Positions 39,685 through 50,599 of a DNA stretch of 61,241 bases are shown piece after piece (position 1 is the first letter of the stretch; the number at the start of each line of letters is the position of its first letter). The notes under the pieces are model-generated. The model had not been told where the DNA came from. It was given only the letters and a program-made list of their open reading frames with translations, and made no database searches. Source of the DNA: an uncultured Bacilli bacterium. Its GTDB lineage: Bacteria > Bacillota_I > Bacilli_A > RF39 > UBA660. The translations under genes were made by a program, and so were the position numbers. The stretch is from contig CALVKN010000003.1 of assembly GCA_944332715.1 (NCBI GenBank), positions 1-61,241 on the forward strand. The letters are read 5' to 3'.

Positions 39685-40533
39685 ATGAATGAAGGAAAAT
39701 TAAAAACAATTACAAATTTATTCGAGGGCCATGAGGTAAGAAGTATTTGGAATAATGAAGAGGAAGAATATTATTTTAGTGTTGTTGATGTAATAGCAAT
39801 ACTAACAGATAATGAATATTCAAAGTCTAGAAATTATTGGAAGTGGCTAAAGGGAAAGTTAATTGATGAGGGAAGTGAACTGGTTAGTAATACTAACCAG
39901 TTGAAAATGAAAGCTAAAGATGGAAAGTTGAGAGATACTGATGTTTTAGATACAAAAGGTATTTTAAGGCTTATTGAATCAATTCCTAGCCCAAAGGCTG
40001 AACCGTTTAAGTTGTGGCTTGCTAATTTAGGTAGTGAGAGAATAGATGAAGTATTTGATCCGGAGATTGCTATTAACAGAGCAGTTCGATATTACCGTGC
40101 TAAGGGTTATGATGATGATTGGATTAAAGTAAGATTATCTGCAATAGTTGATAGGTTTAAATTAACGGATATATGGAAAAAAGGTGGAATTAGTGAACCA
40201 CTAGAATATGCAATGCTTACTAATGAAATTTATAAGACGTGGTCAGGAATGACTGCAAGAGAATATAAAGATTTTAAAGGCTTAAGAAAAGAGTCATTGA
40301 GAGATAATATGACAGACATTGAAGTAGCTTTAACTAATGTGGGTGAGATAACTACTAGAAATATTGCTAAGAAGGAAAATCCTAAAGGATTAAAAGAAAA
40401 TTTAAGTGTTGCTAAACGTGGGGGAAGCGTTGCTAAAGAAACAAGATATGCATATGAAAAAGAGGTTAATGAAAGTGCTATATCTAAGGAAAATGCTTTG
40501 CCATATAAATATGTTGATAAAAAAATTAATTAA
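39685..40533 (+). CDS. BRO-N domain protein
   Basis: YFSVVDVIAILT, RNYW, LKMKAKDGK, SIPSPKAEPFKLWLA, SLRDNMT. Confidence 0.9.
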   Translation: MNEGKLKTITNLFEGHEVRSIWNNEEEEYYFSVVDVIAILTDNEYSKSRNYWKWLKGKLIDEGSELVSNTNQLKMKAKDGKLRDTDVLDTKGILRLIESIPSPKAEPFKLWLANLGSERIDEVFDPEIAINRAVRYYRAKGYDDDWIKVRLSAIVDRFKLTDIWKKGGISEPLEYAMLTNEIYKTWSGMTAREYKDFKGLRKESLRDNMTDIEVALTNVGEITTRNIAKKENPKGLKENLSVAKRGGSVAKETRYAYEKEVNESAISKENALPYKYVDKKIN

Positions 40534-40561
40534 ATAGTTGTTTTTGAAGGAGGAATATTTA

Positions 40562-41415
40562 ATGAAAGAAGAAAAATTAAAAACAATAACAAATTTATTT
40601 GAAGGTAGTGAAATTAGAAGTATTTGGGATAGTGAAAGTGAAGAATATTATTTTAGTGTAGTTGATGTAATTGGGGCGTTAACGGATAGTTCTAATCCAA
40701 GAAATTATTGGAATATGTTAAAGAAAAGATTAATTGAAGAAGAAAAAAGTCAACTGTACACAAGTTGTGTACGGTTGAAAATGAAGGCTCAAGATGGTAA
40801 ATTGCGAGAAACAGATACTTTAGATACTAAAGGTATTTTAAGACTTATTGAATCGGTTCCTAGCCCCAAGGCTGAACCATTTAAGTTATGGCTTGCCAAT
40901 TTAGGTAGTGAGAGAATTGATGAAGTATTTGATCCAGAGATTGCTATAAGAAGAGCGATAGAATATTATCGCAATCGTGATTATGATGATGGATGGATTG
41001 AAAGAAGAGTTAAAGCAATTATTAATAGGAATAAGCTTACTGATGTATGGAAAGAAGGAGGCATTAGTGAAGGATATGAGTATGCAGTATTAACAAATGA
41101 AATATATAAAGCTTGGTCAGGATGACTGCTAGTGAATATAAAAAATTTAAAGGATTAAGAAAAGAATCATTAAGGGATAATATGACTGATTTAGAAGTAG
41201 CACTTACTGATTTAGGAGAACTAGCCACTAGAGAACTTGCTAAAGAATATAAACCTTATGGAATGGATGCTAATAAAAAAATAGCAAATATTGGAGGGAG
41301 TATTGCTGATAATACTAGGAAAGATTTAGAAAATAAATTAGGTAAAAGTATTGTTAGTGAAAATAATTCTTTAAATTATCAATATAAAGAGGATAATTTA
41401 ATAGAAAGTAAGTAA
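40562..41415 (+). pseudogene. Second BRO-N paralogue, split by a 1-nt deletion
   Basis: Copy 1 has TGGTCAGGAATGACT (WSGMT); this copy has TGGTCAGGATGACT, giving a stop at 41123-41125; the remainder is in ORF 41113-41415. Confidence 0.85.
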
Positions 41416-41498
41416 CTGTATTAATTTATACACAGTATTTTCATTTTACTAATTTAAGTAATAATGGTATAATATTAGTGCTTAAGGGAGGTAACTTT

Positions 41499-41939
41499 AT
41501 GAAAGTAATTTTGCTTAAAGATGTTAAAGGTAAAGGCAAGAAAGATGCCATACTTGATGTAAGTGATGGATATGCTAATAACTTTTTAATTAAAAATGGT
41601 TTGGCGGTTCCATATACAAAGAGAAGTAAGGAAATATTAGATCAAGAAATTGATGTAAGAGAAAAAAATGAACAAAAATTAATTGATGAACTTAATGAAA
41701 TAAAAAATAAATTAAATGATAAAGTAATTGAATTTAAAGTAAAGGTAGGAAAAGAAGATAAAGTATTTGGTACTGTTTCTAGTAAACAAATTAGTGATAA
41801 GTTAAAAGAAATGGGATATAAAATAGATAAGAAATGTATTAAAATAAATGATGCAATTAGTACACTTGGTATTACAAACGTAGAAGTAGAATTGCATAAA
41901 AAAGTTAAATTTAATTTGAAAGTTAGTTTAGTAAAATAA
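41499..41939 (+). CDS. rplI: 50S ribosomal protein L9
   Basis: [25 protein letters not shown]. Confidence 0.97.
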   Translation: MKVILLKDVKGKGKKDAILDVSDGYANNFLIKNGLAVPYTKRSKEILDQEIDVREKNEQKLIDELNEIKNKLNDKVIEFKVKVGKEDKVFGTVSSKQISDKLKEMGYKIDKKCIKINDAISTLGITNVEVELHKKVKFNLKVSLVK

Positions 41940-41952
41940 ATAAGGAGGACTT

Positions 41953-43293
41953 ATGGCAAGAAAAATGCCTCAAAATCTTGAAGCTGAGATGAGTGTATTA
42001 GGTGTTGCTTTTATCAATGAATATGATGTTGCAAAGATAGTTGAAGAAGTAACAGTTGATATGTTTTTTGATGAAAGAAACAAGTTTATTTTTAATGCCA
42101 TAAAAAATCTTCATGAAGCCAAAATACCAATTGATATAATGACTGTTAAAAATGAACTTGATAAAGACAAAAAGTTAAATACAGTTGGTTTAGATTATTT
42201 ATCAGATGTTATTGATTCGGTTGTTACTAGTGCTAATTTAGATTTTTATATAAAAATTGTTAAAGATTTTGCTGTTAGAAGAAATTTAATTGAAACAGCA
42301 ACGGAAATTATTAATGATACATATGAAGATGAAGAAGTAACTAGTTTGCTTGATAAGGCTGAAAAAAACATTTTGAATGTTGTTAGAGCAAGATCAGTTG
42401 GAGATTTTGTGCCAATTCAAGAAATTTTAAGAAGAGCCCAAGCGAAGTTAGAGGAACTGGCTAAAAATAAAAGGTCTATTACAGGGCTTGAAACAGGTTT
42501 CCCAGATTTTGATAAAATTACTACGGGATTACAAGGTAGTGAAATGATTATTTTGGCGGCTCGTCCTGGTATGGGTAAAACAGCACTAGCTCTTAATATG
42601 GCAAGTTATGCCGCAATGCATACGAAAAAGGCTGTTGCAATATTTAACTTAGAAATGTCTGCAGATATGCTTATTAACCGTATGATTGCATCGATTGGGC
42701 AAATAGATTCATATAAATTGCAAACTGGTAATATGCAAGAAAAAGACTGGAAGAGATATAATGAAGCTATGAGTCAACTTGCCGATACAAATATTTATAT
42801 TGAAGATAATGCGGGTGTTACAGTTCAAGAAATTAGAGCTAAATGTCGTAGACTTGCTAATAGTGAGACGGGATTAGGTTTAGTAGTAATCGATTACCTA
42901 CAACTTATAAGTAGTGGTAATAGAAGAGTTGAATCAAGACAAGTGGAAGTTTCTGAGATTTCTCGTTCCCTTAAAACGATGGCGTTGGAATTAAATGTTC
43001 CAGTAATTGCGTTATCGCAACTTTCTCGTAGTGCTGAAAAAAGAGAAAGCAATCAGCCAATGCTTGCGGATTTACGTGAATCTGGTTCTTTGGAACAAGA
43101 TGCCGATATGGTACTATTTATAAATAGAAAAGATTATTATGATAAAGCAAAGGATTTTAATCAAAAGATTGTGCCAGCAGAATTAATTATTGCTAAGCAC
43201 AGAAAGGGTGGTTTAGGTACAGTTAATCTTTTATTTGAACTTAATATGCTTAGTTTTAAGAGTCAATTAAAAGTAAATGGAGATGAGCAATGA
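41953..43293 (+). CDS. dnaB: Replicative DNA helicase
   Basis: AARPGMGKT, IDYLQL, LSQLSR, DLRESGSLEQDAD. Confidence 0.98.
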   Translation: MARKMPQNLEAEMSVLGVAFINEYDVAKIVEEVTVDMFFDERNKFIFNAIKNLHEAKIPIDIMTVKNELDKDKKLNTVGLDYLSDVIDSVVTSANLDFYIKIVKDFAVRRNLIETATEIINDTYEDEEVTSLLDKAEKNILNVVRARSVGDFVPIQEILRRAQAKLEELAKNKRSITGLETGFPDFDKITTGLQGSEMIILAARPGMGKTALALNMASYAAMHTKKAVAIFNLEMSADMLINRMIASIGQIDSYKLQTGNMQEKDWKRYNEAMSQLADTNIYIEDNAGVTVQEIRAKCRRLANSETGLGLVVIDYLQLISSGNRRVESRQVEVSEISRSLKTMALELNVPVIALSQLSRSAEKRESNQPMLADLRESGSLEQDADMVLFINRKDYYDKAKDFNQKIVPAELIIAKHRKGGLGTVNLLFELNMLSFKSQLKVNGDEQ

Positions 43294-44780
43294 AAACTAA
43301 AGATATAGTTATTACTGTGATATTATCATTGATAGTTGTTGTCCTTTATTTTGTTGAAAGGAATTTTGACACAGAAATAAATTATGCAAATAAAGCATAT
43401 CAAATTTATTTAGATGGTGAAGTTATTGGATTAATTCAAGATGAACAAGAACTTTATGATTTAATAGATAATGAACAACAAGAAATTAAAGATAAATATA
43501 GTGTTGATAGTGTATATCCTCCGAATGCTTTTAAGATAGTAGAAGTAAATACATATAATGAAAATTATCAAACTCCACAAGAAATATATAATATGATTGA
43601 ACAAAGAGATGACTTTACTGTTCAAGGATATGTTATAACAATTAAATATGATGAGAACTATTATCTTGAAGGAGAAGAAGTTCCAGAAGATTATACAATA
43701 AATGTTTTAGATAAAGAAGTATTTCAAGATGCTATAGAAAGATATATACTAGCATTTGTTACCGAAGATGAGTATCAAACTTATATTGGTGGGGATATAG
43801 AAGAACTTACTGATATTGGTGAGATAATTGATAATATGTATTTTGAAGAAACAATAACTATTAAAGAAGCATATATTAGTGCTAATGAAAAGATATATAC
43901 AGATGCTACTGAGTTATCACAATTATTACTTTTTGGACCAGATGCAGAGATGGATAGTTATGTTGTTCAAGCGGGAGATAATATTGAAAGTATTAGTAAT
44001 GAATATCGTTTGAACCCTCAAGAATTTTTGGTTGCTAACCCTAATTATCGAACAGAAAATTCAATGCTTAGAATTGGCGATACAGTAAACGTAACCCTAA
44101 TTGATCCGATAATTACATTTGTTTATAGTGTTTATAGAATTGAAGAAATTATTATTGAACTTGATACTAAGACAATTGTTGATAATACGAAGGATAGAAA
44201 TTATCGGGAAATTACAACACCTGGTGTTGATGGTATAGTACTTACTCATGAAACGTACGATGTTGTTAATGGGGAAGAAAGTCAACAAGTCAATTTCGTA
44301 TATAGTGAAACAATTAGAGAAGCTGTACAAGAAGTTGTAACAGTTGGTAGAAGTTATTCTAGTGCATATGTTTCTGGAAACTGGGCTTGGCCAACAGAAA
44401 GACCATACAGAATTACAAGTTATTATGCTTATCGTTGGGGAAAAATGCACGATGGTATTGATATTTCAGGTCCAGGTAGGGGTTCTGCAATATATGCTAT
44501 TGGTGATGGTACGGTAGTTGAAGCTGCAGTAGTTGGAACACACTCTCGTAGTGATGGTACTTATGCTGTTATCGAACATGATAATAATGTTTATAGTTTA
44601 TATGCCCATATGGATTCATTACTTGTGTCAGTAGGAGATACAGTTAACAGAGGAGATGTAATTGGTACGATGGGAGATACTGGTTTTGCAACTGGTGTTC
44701 ACCTTCATATTTCTATATCAATTGGATGGCCATATCATGGTAGTTATCGCTTTGTTAACCCACTTACATATTTGCGATGA
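43290..44780 (+). CDS. LysM/G5/M23 peptidoglycan endopeptidase
   Basis: YVVQAGDN (LysM), G5-like segment, HDGID and HLH M23 motifs. Confidence 0.9.
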   Translation: MKTKDIVITVILSLIVVVLYFVERNFDTEINYANKAYQIYLDGEVIGLIQDEQELYDLIDNEQQEIKDKYSVDSVYPPNAFKIVEVNTYNENYQTPQEIYNMIEQRDDFTVQGYVITIKYDENYYLEGEEVPEDYTINVLDKEVFQDAIERYILAFVTEDEYQTYIGGDIEELTDIGEIIDNMYFEETITIKEAYISANEKIYTDATELSQLLLFGPDAEMDSYVVQAGDNIESISNEYRLNPQEFLVANPNYRTENSMLRIGDTVNVTLIDPIITFVYSVYRIEEIIIELDTKTIVDNTKDRNYREITTPGVDGIVLTHETYDVVNGEESQQVNFVYSETIREAVQEVVTVGRSYSSAYVSGNWAWPTERPYRITSYYAYRWGKMHDGIDISGPGRGSAIYAIGDGTVVEAAVVGTHSRSDGTYAVIEHDNNVYSLYAHMDSLLVSVGDTVNRGDVIGTMGDTGFATGVHLHISISIGWPYHGSYRFVNPLTYLR

Positions 44781-45541
44781 GAGTATCAGTATTATCTAGT
44801 GGTTCTAAAGGTAATGTTACCTATTTAGAAACAACTAATAAAAGATTTTTACTTGATGCAGGGCGAAACTATAAATATATAAATGATGCACTTAAAAATA
44901 TCGGGGTTGATATAAAATCAATTGATTATGTAATTATAAGTCATGATCATAGTGATCATATATCGGCCTTAAAGACATTAATTGCTAAAACTGGAGCAAC
45001 AGTTATAATAAGTGAAAAACAATTGTATGAAATTGAAGACTTAAAAGATTATCCTCACATCATGGTATGTGAGGATGAGTTAGATCTAGATGATGTTACT
45101 ATAAAATCATTTAAATCTAGTCATGATGCAGTTGATTCAAGAAATTTTGTTATTTGTGAAAATGGTAAAAAACTTGGTTATATAACTGATACTGGTTATA
45201 TTAATACAAAGAATTTTAAGTATCTTAAAAATTTAGATATATATTTATTTGAAAGTAATCATGATATTGAGTTACTACAACATGGACCATATCCAGCGTG
45301 GCTTAAAAAAAGAGTTTTAAGTGATGATGGACACTTATCAAATAAAGCAGCATCATTTTATTTAACTAAGTTAATCGGAGATAAAACGAAAGAAATAATA
45401 TTGATTCATTTAAGTGAAACAAATAATTTAGAAAGTATTGCTATGGAAACAATCAATAATACATTTATGGAATATGGGATAGATTTTCATAATATAATTT
45501 GTGCTAGACAAAATGAAGCGACGAAAGTGATTGAAGTATGA
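44777..45541 (+). CDS. walJ: MBL-fold metallohydrolase, YycJ/WalJ type
   Basis: SSGSKGN, HDHSDH, SHDA, TDTG, ESNHD, GHLSN, HLS. Confidence 0.85.
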   Translation: MRVSVLSSGSKGNVTYLETTNKRFLLDAGRNYKYINDALKNIGVDIKSIDYVIISHDHSDHISALKTLIAKTGATVIISEKQLYEIEDLKDYPHIMVCEDELDLDDVTIKSFKSSHDAVDSRNFVICENGKKLGYITDTGYINTKNFKYLKNLDIYLFESNHDIELLQHGPYPAWLKKRVLSDDGHLSNKAASFYLTKLIGDKTKEIILIHLSETNNLESIAMETINNTFMEYGIDFHNIICARQNEATKVIEV

Positions 45542-45975
45542 TAAAAATATTATGTGTTGGTAAAATAAAAGAAGAATATTTAAAGTTACTTATCGATGAT
45601 TATGTAAAAAGAATAAGTAAATATATGAATGTAAGTATAGTTGAATTAAAAGATAATCCAATTCATACTAAAGAAATTGCTAATTTAATAGAAAATATTA
45701 ATAGTAAAGATTATAATATTGCTCTAGATTTAAGGGGAGAAGAAGTAACTAGTGAAAAGTTTGCTAGTTTAATAGAAAAAACTTTAGTTATAAATAGTAA
45801 TATAACATTTATTATAGGTCCATCAGATGGATTAACTAAAGAGATACTTGATAAATGTAATAAAGTTATTAGTTTTTCACATCTTACTTTTCCTCATGGG
45901 TTATTTCGAGGGATTTTGCTTGAACAAATATATCGTTCTTTTAAAATCATTAATAATGAGACATATCATAAGTAG
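45538..45975 (+). CDS. rlmH: 23S rRNA pseudouridine-1915 N3-methyltransferase
   Basis: VGKIKE, FIIG, TFPH, EQIYR, YHK. Confidence 0.95.
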   Translation: MIKILCVGKIKEEYLKLLIDDYVKRISKYMNVSIVELKDNPIHTKEIANLIENINSKDYNIALDLRGEEVTSEKFASLIEKTLVINSNITFIIGPSDGLTKEILDKCNKVISFSHLTFPHGLFRGILLEQIYRSFKIINNETYHK

Positions 45976-45983
45976 GTGGTTAA

Positions 45984-46802
45984 ATGCGTTTAGAAAATTT
46001 AAAAAAGTGTAAGTATGGTTTGACACACGCAGGAACTTTTCATGCTGATGATGTTTTTGCTGCGGCGTTTATAAAAATTATTAATCCTGATATAAAAATA
46101 TTGAGAAAAAGTGAAGTGCCAAGTGATTTTAAAGGTATAGTTTTTGATATTGGGGATGGAGAATTTGATCACCATGGCAGTGATAAGATGGTAAGAAATA
46201 ATGGTATTCCTTATGCTTCTTTTGGAAAATTATGGAGAGCATTTGCTAAAAAGTTATATGGGGAATATGTTTATAAAAAAATAGATAAAAAGTTAATAGA
46301 ACACTTAGATTTATCAGATAATACGGGGATTGATGATTCTTTATGTACAGCAATTGCAGCATTTAATCCTAATGATGATGGTAATGGTGATAAAGAATTC
46401 AATGAAGCTTTAGTATTTGCAAAAGAAATACTTGAGAGAATGATTGAAAATGAACAAAAGAATTATGAAGAAGAAATAATGGTAAAAGAAATCTATGATA
46501 AATCTTTAAATAAAGAGATAATAGTTTTAGATAAATATTTACATTTTAAAGATACTTTGCCGGGGACTAAGGCAAAATATGTTATATACCCATCAAAAAG
46601 GGGAGGATATCTGGCTCAAGGTGTAACAGTAAGTAGTGATACAATTGAGTTAAAAAAGCCTTTTCCTGAAAAGTGGATACATGTGTTACCATCTTATTTG
46701 ACATTTTGTCATAGTAGCAGATTTTTAATTGGGGGTAGGAGCATTGATGATTTAAAGATGGCTTGTGAGTATGCTTTAAAGGAGGATAATGATGATAGGT
46801 AA
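45984..46802 (+). CDS. MYG1 family protein
   Basis: THAGTFHADD, FDIG, FDHH, FCH. Confidence 0.9.
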   Translation: MRLENLKKCKYGLTHAGTFHADDVFAAAFIKIINPDIKILRKSEVPSDFKGIVFDIGDGEFDHHGSDKMVRNNGIPYASFGKLWRAFAKKLYGEYVYKKIDKKLIEHLDLSDNTGIDDSLCTAIAAFNPNDDGNGDKEFNEALVFAKEILERMIENEQKNYEEEIMVKEIYDKSLNKEIIVLDKYLHFKDTLPGTKAKYVIYPSKRGGYLAQGVTVSSDTIELKKPFPEKWIHVLPSYLTFCHSSRFLIGGRSIDDLKMACEYALKEDNDDR

Positions 46803-47451
46803 TGATTGGGATCAAGTGCTTGAAGTTATATGGAATAGCAATGGATTTAAAAAGTTTTATAATATGATTATGGATGAATATGATAAAAAGATTATATATC
46901 CTCCGAAAGATTATATTTTTAATGCTTTAAAATTAACTAGTTATAAGGATACTAAAGTTGTTATTGTGGGACAAGATCCATATCATGGAGAACATCAAGC
47001 ACATGGGTTATCTTTTAGTGTACAAAAGGGAGTGAAACTACCACCATCGCTTCAAAATATATATAAAGAATTAGAAAGTGATTTAGGTATACCTCCGCGC
47101 TCTGATGGAGATTTAACTGGTTGGGCGAAGCAAGGAGTGTTAATGCTTAATGCTGTTTTAACAGTTGAAAAAGATAAAGCAGCCAGTCATAGGAATCTAG
47201 GCTGGGAACCAATGACAGATTATATTATTAAAACGTTAAATAAAAAGGAAGAACCAGTGGTATTTATATTATGGGGAAATTTTGCTAAAGAGAAAGCTAA
47301 GTTAATAACTAATCCCAATCACTATATAATTATTAGTCCGCATCCATCACCATTTTCGGCTTATTCAGGTTTTTTTGGAAGTAAACCATTTTCTAAAACT
47401 AATGATTATTTAGTAAGTAAAGGGTTAATTCCGATAGATTGGTCAAAATAA
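46789..47451 (+). CDS. ung: Uracil-DNA glycosylase
   Basis: GQDPYH, PPSLQNI, HPSPFS. Confidence 0.97.
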   Translation: MMIGNDWDQVLEVIWNSNGFKKFYNMIMDEYDKKIIYPPKDYIFNALKLTSYKDTKVVIVGQDPYHGEHQAHGLSFSVQKGVKLPPSLQNIYKELESDLGIPPRSDGDLTGWAKQGVLMLNAVLTVEKDKAASHRNLGWEPMTDYIIKTLNKKEEPVVFILWGNFAKEKAKLITNPNHYIIISPHPSPFSAYSGFFGSKPFSKTNDYLVSKGLIPIDWSK

Positions 47452-47480
47452 AAGTTCTCATTGATCTGAGAACCTTTTTT
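47450..47480. terminator. Bidirectional terminator between ung and lemA
   Basis: AAAAGTTCTCA-ttgatc-TGAGAACCTTTTTT. Confidence 0.75.
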
Positions 47481-48018
47481 ATAGTTTGAAATCATCAATT
47501 ACAGCATCTTGCATGTTTTTACCATCAAAAAATGGTTTAATTTTATATCTATGTATTTTAGCAACAATATTGGTAGGAAATTTTCTTATTATTTTGTTTA
47601 ATTCAGTAGTATTTTTATTATAATAGGTTTTACAAGATGTAAGAGTTTCATTTATTTTATTTACTTCTTTTAGGTCATTGTTAAATTCTTTAGTATCAAG
47701 TTCACTGTAATCATTTTTAACTTCTAAAATTATATTCATTGCTTCTGTTAATTTTCTGTCAAGTTCATAGTTACTGATGCGTTTGTCTTTTAAATCAATA
47801 TAATCTTTCAAATAATCTTTCTTAGTAACTACCTTTTTTATAGCAATGTTCATTTTGGCTATAAGATCATATTTATTTCGGAGGTTTTCATCAATTATAC
47901 CTTCGGCTTTTTCAATTTTTATCTTATAATTAACTAGGTTATTGTATGTAATTACATAAACTAGGGCAATAATACCAATAATAATTATGATAAGTAAAAT
48001 AATACTTGCTATATTCAA
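47479..48018 (-). CDS. lemA: LemA family protein
   Basis: N-terminal TM, YNNLV, YYN...FPTNIVA. Confidence 0.8.
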   Translation of the reverse strand: MNIASIILLIIIIIGIIALVYVITYNNLVNYKIKIEKAEGIIDENLRNKYDLIAKMNIAIKKVVTKKDYLKDYIDLKDKRISNYELDRKLTEAMNIILEVKNDYSELDTKEFNNDLKEVNKINETLTSCKTYYNKNTTELNKIIRKFPTNIVAKIHRYKIKPFFDGKNMQDAVIDDFKL

Positions 48019-48113
48019 CTCTAATCACCTTATTTAATTATATCAAAAAATAGGTGATTTGAAAACTTGTTTTAAAGAGTGGTGTATGATATTATTTTGT
48101 TAGGGTGATTACA

Positions 48114-49337
48114 TTGAAATTTATTGATAATGTTGATAGAGAGACTTACGAAAAATTTACTCAAGGGCATGAGAAGAGTCACTTTTTAGAGTCTTATGCT
48201 TGGGGAGAGTTTTGTCGTAGGATAAAGGGTCAAGTGCCACATTATGTAGGAATGACTGATGATGATGGTAATTTGGTAGCAACGTCTTTAATTTTGGAAA
48301 GAAAGACACCACTGGGATATGGATATGGGTATTCTCCGCGGGGATTTATAATTGATTATAAAAATAAAGAGTTAATTAAAGAGTTTACGGAATACTTAAG
48401 AGATTATATGAAACGGATGAAATTAATTTATATTAAGTTTGATCCAGATATACCTTACCAAGATATTGATGAGGATGCTAATCCTATCCCAGGAGGAAAT
48501 AATAACTACGAACTTTATAATTATATGTTAAGTTTAGGATATATCCATACTGGTTTTTATAAACTTTATGATGGAAATCAACCAAGGTATACTTTTAGAA
48601 TTAATTTAAAAAGAAGTTGGGAAGAAATTGAAGGATGTATGTCAAAGTCTTTCTTGAAATCCGTTAAAAGAAGTTTCGGATATAATTTAGTGGTTGATAA
48701 TGAAGAGAGGACAGAAGAATTTTTTAGGCTTATTCAAAGTAATAGTGCTAAAGATGATTTTGATGCACATGATTTAAAATATTATCAAGTATTTACAGAA
48801 GAATTGAAAAAAGAAAACGGTGTTAAGTATTTCAATATATCAATAAGACCAAAAGAACTAGTTGAAAATATTACAAGTGAAATAAAAAAAGTAAAAGAAG
48901 AATTAGAAAAAGCAACTAAGAGGAAGGAAGACTTAAATAATCAACTTACGAGATTGGAAAAAGACCTAAATACATTTAAAGATATCGATAAAGATGAAGT
49001 AGTAGTGTGTTCTTTAATTTGTACATATACAAAAAATAGAGCATGGAGTATGTTTATTGGAAGCGATGATTTAGCTAATATAACTTTTGCGGTTACAAGA
49101 AGTTATTATGAGGCAATTAAAGATGCTTATGACAATGGTTATGAGTTTTTTGATTTATTTGGTACCCCAGGAGATCCTCACACTACTTATAAAAACTTGG
49201 CAAAATTACATGACTTTAAGAGAAAATTTGGAGATAAATATACTGAATTTATCGGAGAATTTGATTTAGTTAATAAGAAATTTTTATATAAAATATTACC
49301 GGTGTTATTAAAAGTGTATAGAAAGTTAAGAAGGTAA
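48114..49337 (+). CDS. FemABX/MurM peptidoglycan bridge aminoacyltransferase
   Basis: HFLESYAW, YSPRG, IKFDP, QPRY, FKRKFG..EFIGEFD. Confidence 0.9.
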   Translation: MKFIDNVDRETYEKFTQGHEKSHFLESYAWGEFCRRIKGQVPHYVGMTDDDGNLVATSLILERKTPLGYGYGYSPRGFIIDYKNKELIKEFTEYLRDYMKRMKLIYIKFDPDIPYQDIDEDANPIPGGNNNYELYNYMLSLGYIHTGFYKLYDGNQPRYTFRINLKRSWEEIEGCMSKSFLKSVKRSFGYNLVVDNEERTEEFFRLIQSNSAKDDFDAHDLKYYQVFTEELKKENGVKYFNISIRPKELVENITSEIKKVKEELEKATKRKEDLNNQLTRLEKDLNTFKDIDKDEVVVCSLICTYTKNRAWSMFIGSDDLANITFAVTRSYYEAIKDAYDNGYEFFDLFGTPGDPHTTYKNLAKLHDFKRKFGDKYTEFIGEFDLVNKKFLYKILPVLLKVYRKLRR

Positions 49338-49339
49338 TT

Positions 49340-50599
49340 ATGGAATTAAAAGTAATTGATGAATTAGAATATAAAAAATTTGCTCTTGAAAGTCCTTATA
49401 TATCAATATATCAACTTCCTGAATGGGGAAAGTTAAAAAGCACAACAGGGTGGAAAAACCATTTAGTTGGTTTATATGATAAAGATAATCTAAAAGGGGT
49501 AACTTTAATTTTAGAAAAACGTGAACCAATGGGACTTAATTTGTTTTATGCACCGCGAGGTTATTTAGTTGATGTGTTTGATTATGAGTTACTCAAGATG
49601 TTTCATAAAGAAGTAATTAAATATGTAAAGAGTAATAAAGGATTTTTACTTAAGGTTGATCCAAATGTTATATATGCTTTATACGATAAAGATGGTAATC
49701 TCTTAAGTAATGATGGTAAAAAAGTTTTTGATAATTTTATTAAACTCGGGTTTAAACATTTAGGATTTACTAAAAATTTTGAAACATTACAACCGAGGTA
49801 TTTGTGTAGGATAAGATTAGAAAATAGTTATGAAGAAACATTAAAAACTTTTTCTAAAAATACGAGAAAAAATATTGAAAAAACTATAGGTATGGGAGTA
49901 AAAGTAAGAGTTGTTGATAGTAATGATATGAATCACTTTACAGAATTGCTTAAACTTTCTGCTGATAAAAATCACTTTATTATTAGACCTAGTAGTTATT
50001 ATAAAAAAATGGATGATTTAATGAGTGATTATATAAGACTTTATATAGCATATATTGATACAGAGGAATATTATAATAATTTAAAAAGAGATTATGATAA
50101 AATAAAAGAGGAACTAACTGAGTTTGAATGCGAAATGCAAAAGATAAATAATGGGGAAAAGGTAAAAAAACATCATCAGGATTTAGTAATAAAGTTAGAG
50201 AAAATAGAGGAAAGACTTAAGTATGCTAAATCACTAAATAGTGATGATAAATACATAGATATAGGTTGTTTAATGTCTGTTTTTATTGGTAATGAAGGAA
50301 TTACATTTATGAGTGGAACATCTTTAGAGTATAGAGAATTTGGACCTAAATATGCTTTTTATAATGAACACATTAAAGATGCTATAAAGATGCATAAAGA
50401 ATATGTTAATTTTTATGGTATATCTGGAGATTTAAGTAAGGATTCACCATATTATAATATTTATGAAATCAAGAAGGGGTTTAATCCAGAGATTGTTGAG
50501 TTACTAGGAGAATTTGATTATGTTATAAGTAAACCCAAGTATATGTTATATAAAGTAGCATTAAAGGCTTATAAAATAATAAAAAAGTTAAGAAAGTAG
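49340..50599 (+). CDS. FemABX/MurN peptidoglycan bridge aminoacyltransferase
   Basis: YAPRG, LKVDP, QPRY, NFYGISG, KKGFN..ELLGEFD. Confidence 0.9.
   Translation: MELKVIDELEYKKFALESPYISIYQLPEWGKLKSTTGWKNHLVGLYDKDNLKGVTLILEKREPMGLNLFYAPRGYLVDVFDYELLKMFHKEVIKYVKSNKGFLLKVDPNVIYALYDKDGNLLSNDGKKVFDNFIKLGFKHLGFTKNFETLQPRYLCRIRLENSYEETLKTFSKNTRKNIEKTIGMGVKVRVVDSNDMNHFTELLKLSADKNHFIIRPSSYYKKMDDLMSDYIRLYIAYIDTEEYYNNLKRDYDKIKEELTEFECEMQKINNGEKVKKHHQDLVIKLEKIEERLKYAKSLNSDDKYIDIGCLMSVFIGNEGITFMSGTSLEYREFGPKYAFYNEHIKDAIKMHKEYVNFYGISGDLSKDSPYYNIYEIKKGFNPEIVELLGEFDYVISKPKYMLYKVALKAYKIIKKLRK

Noticed and set aside
38581-41415. Prophage remnant (XRE + BRO genes)
   Set aside because: No integrase, structural, replication or lysis genes; better explained as small accessory cassettes
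45955-45990. rlmH 3' end as an SCC-like integration site
   Set aside because: Followed after 8 bp by MYG1-ung, with no recombinase or direct repeat
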